Assembly (NCBI GenBank): GCA_051362555.1 | Contig: CM120643.1 | Location: forward strand, 11,444,644-11,508,643 | Direction: 5' to 3' | Length of the DNA stretch: 64,000 nucleotides | From: Lingula anatina | Taxonomy: Eukaryota; Animalia; Brachiopoda | Part shown: in pieces, positions 1 through 33,700 of the stretch | Position numbering within the stretch: position 1 is the stretch's first letter | Layout of the letters: each line of letters opens with the position of its first letter | Made by a program: the position numbers and the translations under genes | Notes under the pieces: generated by a model | The model's database searches: none | What the model was told of the DNA's origin: nothing | The model's input: the letters and a program-made list of their open reading frames with translations, nothing else

Positions 1-1
1 G

Positions 2-325
2 GCTAAGGCAGCACGCAGTGGTGACAAGAAGAGAAGGAGGAAGAGAAAGGAAAGCTACAGCATCTACATCTACAAGGTGATGAAACAGGTGCACCCTGAC
101 ACCGGTATCTCCAGCAAAGCCATGAGCATCATGAACAGCTTTGTCAATGACATCTTTGAACGTATTGCCGGTGAAGCTTCCCGCCTTGCCCACTACAACA
201 AGCGTTCCACCATCACCAGCCGAGAGGTCCAGACTGCTGTCCGTCTCTTGCTGCCTGGTGAGCTTGCCAAGCACGCTGTCAGTGAGGGCACAAAGGCCGT
301 CACCAAGTACACCAGCTCCAAGTAA
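2..325 (+). CDS. H2B: Histone H2B, replication-dependent; 5' end lies outside the window
   Basis: Frame 2 reads [56 protein letters not shown]...AVTKYTSSK*, the canonical H2B fold. No intron in the visible part. Confidence 0.98.
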   Translation, partial: AKAARSGDKKRRRKRKESYSIYIYKVMKQVHPDTGISSKAMSIMNSFVNDIFERIAGEASRLAHYNKRSTITSREVQTAVRLLLPGELAKHAVSEGTKAVTKYTSSK

Positions 326-352
326 ATCGACAAATCGTTGGTTTACACAAAC

Positions 353-390
353 GGTCCTTTTCAGGACCACCCATGTTTTCCAAGAAAAGA
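353..390 (+). promoter_or_regulatory. Histone 3' stem-loop and histone downstream element (U7-dependent 3' processing signal)
   Basis: GGTCCT-TTTC-AGGACC hairpin at 353-368, followed by ACCCA. Purine-rich CAAGAAAAGA at 381-390. Confidence 0.93.
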
Positions 391-1519
391 TATACCAGTA
401 CGTTAACGTACATGCTTATATATATTCCATTTTATCTAAATTCTGTACATTTCCTGGTTCTGTTATATTAGATGATTTAACATTTATGTGATGCCTCACT
501 TTATTTAACATAACGATCATGTAGCAAAGCTGTCTGAAAAATGCTTTACGCTCACAATATTCAGCATATATACCCATGAAATTTTATAGCCACACCGCAT
601 GATTTCTAGAAAAAATATAGTAAAATCTTTTTAATTTATCTCTTTATGTTTATGTCAGGAAAAGTTAGTAAATAACAATACAAAAATCTTGATAGCTTCC
701 AAGTTCTAACCATGTGTGAAAGGCAATTCAACAAGAAACCTCTTTGCAATATACAGCCCTTTTACTAACATTCATACATGTATTACATTATTGATAGAAG
801 TGCAATATAAACATATATTTGTTAAAAAAAAAAAAAAGATTTTCGCAAACTAGTTTAAAAGACCCAATTGAAACAAACTCTCAAGCACAGTTTCTGTTCA
901 CACTTTCTTATCATACGTATGTATTGGTGGAAATGTGCAATGTAGTTTTCACGATAGTTCTCAACACAAAAACATACTTAGACTACAACATAACCAGTGC
1001 ATATTATACTGATCAATATGAAGGTATTTACTTTTAAATAGTACATAATTTTCCCTTAAACATTACTGTGCTTTGATGCAGTGCTTTTGAGCAACTCTTT
1101 TATCAGAGGATATGTGGCACGTACCTTTCTAGAACTTTCAGTAACAGCCAATGAATTAGTTTAATGCCCCCTCCCCCTTTTTTTACATTAGAAACACAAG
1201 CCCACTTAAATATGGCATGGGTTCAGGGGCATTTTGGAAATTATAAATTGAATGTCATCTTTGGACAACTTTTTCCACAGATCCTACATATTTCTGACAT
1301 TTTCATTTTATGCCTTTATAATTGTCATGTCTCAGGTGTGTATGTACCGGTCGGCAACATTGATGAAACGTGTTTTAAATTGTCAATCTGAAATGAATAA
1401 ATTGTTTTCCAAAGAACAACCATTAATTGCATACCGTCATGTTGAACGCTGTTCAAAATCATGATTAAATTACAATGAATACTAAAATCTTGTAACGTAT
1501 CATATTTTATAGCGATTTA

Positions 1520-1680
1520 CAACCCAAGGGAATTCCCAGCCTCACTTTCGTCACTGAGACGATATCAACTTCCGGTGTATTGCACATGGGGAGTGCAACG
1601 TACACATTAAATTCTGGACTCTTGCTAAAAGAATCGACACAAGGTGGTATATTAAGTCTGAGTTACGCACTTGAGGTTTG
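1520..1680 (+). promoter_or_regulatory. Putative promoter and non-coding first exon of WDR89
   Basis: Local CpG enrichment, ETS core ACTTCCGG (~1568-1575), GGGAATTCCC palindrome (~1528-1537) and candidate splice donors near 1644 and 1676. The WDR89 ATG exon is preceded by a strong acceptor, so an upstream non-coding exon is implied. Confidence 0.35.
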
Positions 1681-1697
1681 CTATTTTCAAAAGAGAA

Positions 1698-3641
1698 TTA
1701 ATGCTTAAATGTTTTGTGATGATGTGACCTCTTGTCTTCATTAAAGCGTATCCCCTTTCTTCTGGCTGTATCTAATACAACGCGCAGAGTCGCATCGTGG
1801 TCAGATCCGTCTTCCTGCCAACCTGCTATGATAAGGTCGGCGGCGATTCCGGTACACCCTGGAATGTCTTTGAAGACTTCTTCAATCTTGGCTTGGAAGA
1901 CGTCTTGAGATAGCGAGAGGCCAAAGGGTAGTCTGTTGTATCTAAATCTTCCAAAGGGCGTATTGAAGGTAGTCAGAAGAGAACTTTCTTCATCTAACGT
2001 GATATTCCAATACCCACTCCGAAGGTCAAGTATACTGAAATAACGCGCGCCACTCAGTTGAGGAAGGACGTCATCCAGTGTTGGTGTGTAGTGGTGTGGA
2101 CGTCTAATTGCCGTATTTAAGTCTTTTGGATCCAGGCAGAGACGTATTTTTCCATTGGGTTTGGTAACACATACACACGAGTTTACCCATTTCGTTGGTT
2201 GTGTGACTGGTGACAGGATCCCTTGCTCAACGAGAGAGTCCAACTCCTCCTTGAGTGCTGGCTGCAATGCAATAGGTACACGCCGTGGTGGGTGAACAAC
2301 AGGAGAAACAGTGGGGTCGATATTTATGTGATATTCCCCATCCAATTTCCCGATACCTTCAAAGATATCCTTATACTCTGATAGTATGGACTGTCTTGTC
2401 ACTGTATTTATGGTCAGAGTAACAAGTCCCAGTTTCTGACTGGTTTCCATTCCTAGTATAACTGGTCCTTCACAGTCCACAATATAACTGTCTGAGGTCA
2501 CCATGACCTTGTCATTTGTGAATGTCAATGTTGCTATTCCACATACTGGTAACTTACTGCCACCATATGCAGTAATCGTGTCATTCGTAGGCTTTAATGG
2601 TTGCTGAATTGCAAGTTTTTTGAAAGAAGACAGTGGTATTACATTTCCCTCAGCACCAGTGTCTATTTTGCAACGTAATGTTGAAGTAGAGTTCCCAACT
2701 TTAACTTCAATGTCAGCAAATGGCTTGACTGGGGACTGTTTTGACTGAATACTATCTACATATATAGAGTCAAAGTATACACTGCTACTGTCACTTTCAT
2801 TTGCTACTGAATGCACAGTTTTACTATGGGTCGATGCAGTTATTGTTTTTGTTCTACATACCCTTTTCCAGTGATCTGGCTTGCCACATTTGAGACAAAT
2901 TGTACCTTTAGCTGGGCACTGTTGAAAAACATGTTCAGTTCCACACTTACCACATTCTTGCAGTGGCTGTCGTGAGCGTTGCTTGCTTGGTACCTTTGAT
3001 TGAGTGTGCTGGCGAGGAGTGCGATGTTGTGGCTGTCTGAAACGCGGTCTCCCTCTTTGACTGTTTCCACTTGGCCGTAGTGCATGAATTTCCTTTGCTG
3101 CTGTACTGTGAAGATCCTCAATCTGTTTCTTAGTTGCTTCCTCTGTTCGTGCAATAACAAGAGCCTGATCTAGAGTCAAATCGTCCTCTCTTTGTAATAA
3201 TTTCGCCTGAATTCGCTCCGAGTTAGTGCCAAAAATGAGAGTGTCAATTATGTGTTGATCAACATCGGTATATTTGCATTCATTTGCCACGAGTCTGATT
3301 CGTCTGACAAAAGAATCAATGCTCTCACCTGCTTCTTGTCTGCATGCTCTAAGTTTAAATCTCTGAATTCGAAAGTTACTCTTGGGCTTCGTGTATTCTT
3401 CCAATTTTTGCCAATACGAGGTCAACACGTCTGGATCATCAATGTTAAAAGTTTTCACAATTTCGCGGCCTTTTTCTCCGATCCAAAGGAGAAGAAATTT
3501 CACTTGTCTTTCCTCTGACACAGCATCTAAAGGTCCTTGGAATATCAATTCACACTTTTCCTTGAAAAGTTTGAACGTACGCGGTAAGTCCATGGATTCC
3601 CAGTCCATGTGAGGCGGCTGTATCCCATACATGTGCTCCAT
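1698..3641 (-). pseudogene. Retrotransposon Gag-Pol polyprotein, truncated within the reverse transcriptase
   Basis: 647-aa ORF with two zinc knuckles (CGKCGTEHVFQQC, CLKCGKPDHWKRVC), aspartic protease KIDTGA, and RT motifs RLCLDPKDLN, LDLRSGYWNI and YNRLPFGL. The catalytic motif reads IAAD instead of IADD. Confidence 0.9.
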
Positions 3642-3726
3642 TTTTTTTTTTTAGTGATTCTAAATCCGTTTTTATCTTGTAGTTTGTGGGTCATCCAATC
3701 TCCAAATTATGCTACATCCAATGTAG

Positions 3727-3744
3727 ATCCCGATTCTGACACCA
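3727..3744 (-). other. Primer-binding site (tRNA-Leu-like)
   Basis: TGGTGTCAGAATCGGGAT immediately after the LTR end. TGGTGTCAG-type PBSs are typical of Leu-primed Mag/Gypsy elements. Confidence 0.75.
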
Positions 3745-3933
3745 TGTCGTAGTTTTCTGTTGTTATGTAACTCAAGTTAACATTTTTTTAATAACTCATT
3801 TATTACATAACACATCCAGCCATGCTGGCTAACTGGTAGAGAAGGAACAATGCTTTATGGGAGATATGTTAATTACATTACAATATGCAACAAAAACTAC
3901 ATGTGCCTTATTATTTTTTCATACAGAGTAACA
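3745..3933 (-). repeat. 5' LTR (~189 bp)
   Basis: TGT...ACA termini, directly adjacent to the PBS, with a poly(A) signal inside. The distal boundary is inferred from the terminal motif only. Confidence 0.65.
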
Positions 3934-4791
3934 ACTTGGGTCTTTAGGTACAGTGTAGACTGTAGTAACGAATAGCTTTCCCCCACTATCTTCAAGAGTT
4001 TCATTGGTAATTACCCTCTAGCCTGAGCAATGCAGGACGGCACCCTGCTAAGAGCCTGTGAACAAGTCAGGCAGGAAACAATTCTAGAACAAGCATATTA
4101 ACCCTACACATACGTTATAATTTTTTTAGCCTCAGCTGGCACCTGCACACTGAAGAAATAATCCATTGAGGACAGTAGTATTCTGGGTACTGTTGAACGA
4201 ATAGCGTGCTGTATTTAAATTGAAAGTACTGGTACTATAACAGGCTCAAACAAGTTTAGCTTACTTACTACTAGTCACATGCTTTGAAGCAGATTTTACT
4301 AAGTGACTGAAATCAGATTCAAAAGAATCAGAAGTGAAGGTGATAAGGATTTGGTGGTGTAACAAGAGTGTCTTCATTGTGCTGTATGGCAGTGCCTCAA
4401 ATAAAAAACCACTTTCTACAGTACATAAACTGAACAAGTGCCAATTAAACAGCCTATAAGTATACATGTAAGTTATTTCATTCGGTACAGCTTTTTCCAC
4501 AGATCCTACATATTTCTGACATTTTCATTTTATGCCTTTGTAATGTCTCAGATGTAATATTTTCGATGAGTGAAATACAATACTTCCAACCTACATTCTA
4601 CATTACTGGTCAGTAAATTTGTTTGCCAAGCAGGAATTATGTTGAAATATGATATAGTGAGTGAATACAGACTTAAGTTAACAGTTTTGTGAATAAAACT
4701 ACGGCTCCATTTTCCTTTGTCTCCCTGTGACAATTATTTTTCTTTTTGCTTGCACCTACCAGTTTTTTTACCAGTTAAATAAAGGCTGGGA

Positions 4792-28453
<23,662 letters not shown>

Positions 28454-28946
28454 TGACAGCATGCTTAGTAAAGATACACTTTTATAAGTCTGTCTTTGCT
28501 GGAAAGAACGTACCAGAAGAAAGTTACTTAATTTCATACTACACCTGGAAGAAAAGATTGTGCAAAGAGCTAAACCAAGAGTTTTCAAAAGCAGATGCCT
28601 TTATATTTGATTGATTGTATTTTTGTAATACCTTTTGAAAACTGTTTTTACTTTTACAGAATTAGTTCTCATAAGCAATTTTAAAGTTTAATGGCTGCAA
28701 GCAGCTTATCTAATGCCATGGAATGAATTTATTTATTAAAGCTTATATACAAAAGATGTTTATTTTTACTGTGAAGAATAGTTTGTCAAAAGTTTTTTTT
28801 TTATTTCTGTAGCTTCCTTAAGTTTATAACATAAACACAATAAATAATGTTTAAAAATGAATGCAGCAGAATGCAGCCATACCAAGGCCTTGGGAGGAGG
28901 AAAGGATGAATCCCTACTTTTGGTTTATGGCTTCATAAGATCATCA

Positions 28947-29157
28947 TTTGATGACTTCTATATAAGGCTTCATTCACATGCAATGTCTATTTTCTAAATT
29001 CTATTTTCTATTCGCGGTATGTCTTATGATCACGGTCTGTGCCCTGAATATCCCGCAGCATAATTACTAGCGCGAGCCAGTTACTATAAGAATAGAAAAT
29101 AGATTTTTAGAAAATAGACATTCCATGTGAATGAAGCCTTATATAGAAGTCATCAAA
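28947..29157. mobile_element. MITE-like palindromic element (211 bp)
   Basis: ~67-bp arms TTTGATGACTTCTATATAAGGCTTCATTCACATG...TCTATTTTCTATTC, with the reverse complement ending ...GAAGTCATCAAA. Confidence 0.85.
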
Positions 29158-30731
29158 GCCTAATACTCTTTTCACCAAATTTCACAGATTCTGAAGTAGT
29201 CAAATGTTGGTCTTCACTTTATTACTCTCAGTGAACCTGCAGTTTACTAGTATATTAACCTATTATTTCTTGCTGTAATAAAGTTGGTCAAATTGTTGTC
29301 CACCTCTTTTACATTTTTGAGCGAAATTCAATCTTAGTGACTTATTCTAGTTTAAAAGAAATCAGAATTTTTTCCATCTTTAGGTTAAGACTGACTCTTG
29401 AATTTAGTCCTTTTATGAGTCGGGTCCTGATAATTACTCACTAACTAAATGCCATCTCTACAAACAATTAAAGTACTGACACTTGATGTGTGCATAGAAC
29501 TGTTACCTAAGCTTAAACCTGTGATAGAAAATAGATAGTGGCAGAGTCTTTTTATTGTGGATAGTTTTAGTTCCATGTGTCACCAGTGTGGCATGTGCAG
29601 AGGAAGTCGGGCTGGACTGACATGCAATTGCCTTGTTAGAGCCAAGTTTTTCAAAGTTGTCAAAATTAGCTGATGATGCCACTTGGACATGCAGTAATTA
29701 AGCATTTTGACTGAAGAGTGCTTAGAAAAAGGAAAATATCAAATGCTGGATAATCTTATTGACATTTCTTATTGATTTAGCTATAGTTCACATGTCAAAG
29801 CTATGAAAAAAAAATTGGTTTGCATGTGTTCATTTTACTACTTTAGTGTGATTTTTTGGGCATTTTTTAAATTATAGCAATAATTTTATGAGAAATGTTG
29901 TTTACAGTTTTGTATTTGATGACAGAAAATAAAAAAAAAGATTAATTTTTAACTAATATCCCGTTTTCATGAATAAAAATTTTAGGCTTTCAAATTAGAG
30001 CATATCTCTTTCAGGTTTTACTGGCATGTTTTTGTGTCATTTTATAAACCTGTGTTGTTGCATTATTGTTTTGATATAAAGACAAACGCACACAGATTAA
30101 CGTTAAGTTAAAATTTATTAAAGGAAGATTTTCCATTTTACTGGGGTATACCCATTTTGATTTTAAAAATTCGAAACAAATTGTAAAAATGCAATTCGCC
30201 AAATGGGTGGGGGGGAGGGATATATTAAATCGGATATTTAAATACAAGGGGAAAAATATTTAATAATTAATATCGTTGTTATTAAGATTCTTCACAATTA
30301 TGCGACCACGTGCAGGAAATGCCAAACAAATCCTTAATGTTGTGTCGTCACACATTCCTTATCACGTTTGCTTTGACCGAGGTCACGACCGAACAAGTGC
30401 CCATTTCCGCCTGATCCATCCGCCATTGGAAACGCTGCTAAACCTCTTATATTTTGAAAATTGCATATTAATGTAAAAAACTTCAATGCAAGGTATTAAT
30501 AATATTCGTGTTTTTCGTGCAACCATAAGATAGTTAAACAAAATTAGCACGACAAGGCGAGATTGATAAGTCATTAACGGACTATATTTCTGTGCGTAGC
30601 TGTATCCGCGCTTTCAGCTGAGTGATTAGCCGTAGGCCATCGTATTCTTTAGAGTATGCGGTGATTTGTTCATAATTCGGTGTGTTAAGTCGGATCCCAG
30701 TACTCACTCTAGCTGGGGATGGGAAAGTGAT

Positions 30732-33700
30732 ATGGGTTGTGTGAGTTCCAAGCTAGTTCCGGAACCTCCGGTTCTAGGAGAGGGAGAAATCGTGAAAACC
30801 GTCTATGCTCCTAATGATAACAACGATAGACAGGGCAAGAATGGCCGAAACAGACAATCTGGCCAGAGGGGCATCCGAGGCCAACAGAACGCTGGAAGGG
30901 ATAATAACAACCAGGATGGTCCCCCAAGGGGCAAAATTGCTAAATACAAGGCGAGATTCGATCCTCGCGTCACAGCTAAGTATGACATTAAAGCTTTGAT
31001 AGGCCGAGGAAGTTTCAGCCGAGTTGTACGAGTAGAACACAAAATCACTAAGCAGCCATATGCTATAAAGATGATAGATCGGGTACAGGGGAAGGAAGTA
31101 TTCGAGTCCGAACTAGCCGTACTCAGAAGGGTAAAACATGACTATATCATTCAACTGATTGAGGTATTTGAGAGCAAAGATAAAGTGTACATGGTAATGG
31201 AGCTGGCAACTGGAGGCGAGCTCTTTGACCGGATAATCTCCAAGGGTAGTTTCACAGAAAAGGATGCTAGTAAAAATCTGAAAATGGTCATGGAAGGACT
31301 GCGTTACTTACACAATCTAGGGATAACACATCGAGATTTGAAACCAGAAAACCTGCTGTACTATCACCCTGGTCATGACTCCAAAATCATGATCACAGAC
31401 TTTGGTCTAAGTGCCACACGTAAAGCTGGAGAAATGTACATGAAAACAACGTGTGGAACGCCCGAATACATTGCCCCTGAAATTCTGGCACGGAAGCCAT
31501 ATACAAACATTGTGGACCTGTGGGCAGTTGGAGTTATCACTTATATTTTACTAAGTGGAACAATGCCTTTTGATGATGAGAATAGGACTCGGTTATATAG
31601 ACAGATTCTCAAGGCCAAGTATTCATACGCAGGAGAGGTAAATGTTGCATTTGTGATCTCATTTGTTTTCAGGTTTGTAATGAAGATGAGCAGTGAAGTC
31701 CATATCCCCACCCCCCTCCCATAGAAACATAATACATAGTTTAACTTAACATGGCTACTGGCCAAAAGGGATGATGTGATCAAGCACATCATTTTAGTAT
31801 TTCATTAACAAGATTGTATGTTTTGAATGCTGTATGTTGCTAGTGTGGTTGCTACACAGTCCAGTATGTTGTAAGTGCATTGTCGAAAAATTTGAAACTT
31901 TAGTACTAATGTTCTTGGGACGTCATGTCAAGTGTCCAGTCATGTCGTAGATTTCAGCAATCCTTGACCAATGCTACAGCAATCCTTTACCTGGAGGTGC
32001 CTTGTGCACTCACTTGCCTACTATCCCTTTTTCCTAGTTAAGCAAAGATTTATACCTCCCTTTTCGTGGCTTACAGTACTTTGTGATTAAAGAAGAAAAA
32101 GAAAAGAAAACCTGCACCTGGTTTGAATGTTCCATAGATAAGGTGTGTTAGGATAATGATAGCTAAACTCGGGTTTTCAAATCTGTACCAGTGCATCATT
32201 ATCCTAGCTTGCGTAAGGTGATTCTATTGTCAGTTGTCTGTGAATAGTGCTTGTACAAATGCTACAGTGGCGAGGGTCTGTCCCAGGGCATGTTCTGTAC
32301 ACCTAGGAAAAGGTTGGGTAAACTTCTAACACAAATTTCACACTATATTTTTAGTAAAGTCCTGGTAACTGAAAGAATGCAACCTTTTCTTTCCCTTCTC
32401 AGAACTGGAGACTGAAGAATTGATGCTATCCCTTCATTCCCTTGTGATGTTTTAAAAGAGAAAATATAAAAAGAGAGGCGTCGGATTAGTCTTTTGTTGC
32501 TTCGTGCTAAGTTGTAAAAGCATGGAGAGATGAGTAACGTTTCTTTATGTGGGAAAACCTGCAATTCTGAAAGGTCACAGGTTTGCAAAGAGAGTGTGTG
32601 TTGATACTTGTATACATGTTCATCAGGGTGCAAAATGTGGCTTTCAGAGGTTGCCTTGATTGTTGGCAGGGCTGAGTCTCCATGAATTGGAAAATAAAGG
32701 CAATATAATGGCCTTTTCTTATCCTGTCTAAACAGTATGGTTTCATCAGGTCTCGGACAAAGAAAGAGGTTAGTATAAAATGGCCTCGTACGTCTTTCTT
32801 TCCATTATAGAGGTTTCAGTGAAAGCACTGACTCGTATTGTGTTGTAATAGATTTCAGCATTGTGCCCACTTACAGGGTCGTAAGAGAAATACTGGCTAA
32901 TAAGTTTGCCTCTTGAATCTGAAGAAAGGAAGTCACATTGACAACATAAAGACAACAATCACCGAGCAAACTTCTCTAAAAGATTTTTCCCACTAAAGCA
33001 AATACTCCTGTTTGTCCCAGGGTCTGGGGACTGCCAAAATCAAGTTCATAGGTTAAATTGATATGAGCAACATTTAGCATTTTTCCAGTTATCTGATTAT
33101 GCATTTCACCAGAGCTGGGTTGTTTCTCTACCCATTCTGCAACTGGAAACTTGAACCCACTTCTAGTGTAAGTTTGCCAGGTTAGTGAAATAGAAATCCA
33201 CAAGAATAAACTGCCCCTTGCCACAGTTAATAATAGTCAAATAACACCCTTCCTTTATTATGGCAACCTGGGCTTACTCTCATATTGTTCAAGTTGGTCA
33301 CTATATTTGTATTTGGATAAGAGGAAGATTGTTTGTTTTATAAAATGGCTTTTTCCGTGCTTGTCTGAGACAAACATACCTTGAATCCCTTCACTCGAGG
33401 AGAAAATGAAGGATGGTGGTAAACTTGACCCTGAGTTTGACTACTTAGAATAGAGGGGGTTGACATTTTCTGTTTTAATAAGATTATGTTGCTCTTGCAA
33501 GGCGCCCCCATATGCTATGTTCCCACTCCTTTGCATAGGCAACATTTACCTAGAATGGTTGAAATGTATTGAACCAAAATGGTCTACCACTATTCATGAT
33601 GTTTAATTCTGAATAAATCCACAGAAATATGCAGTCAAGAAGTCAAGAAGTTACCTATGGAATTAAATTTGATTAATAGCCACTTAAGATTGTTTGCTCA

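Larger units (their letters stand above)
1731..3933 (-). mobile_element. Ty3/Gypsy (Mag-like) LTR retrotransposon, 3'-truncated (5' LTR, PBS, gag-PR-partial RT)
   Basis: The minus strand has an LTR TGTTAC...ACGACA (3933-3745) with an internal AATAAA, then PBS TGGTGTCAGAATCGGGAT, then a long gag-pol ORF. RT homology stops at RFNEDK (~1731). No RNase H, integrase or 3' LTR is visible. Confidence 0.9.

Noticed and set aside
30666-30731. Upstream extension of the kinase ORF in the ORF track
   Set aside because: It uses a TTG start; the conserved MGC acylation motif fixes the start at 30732.
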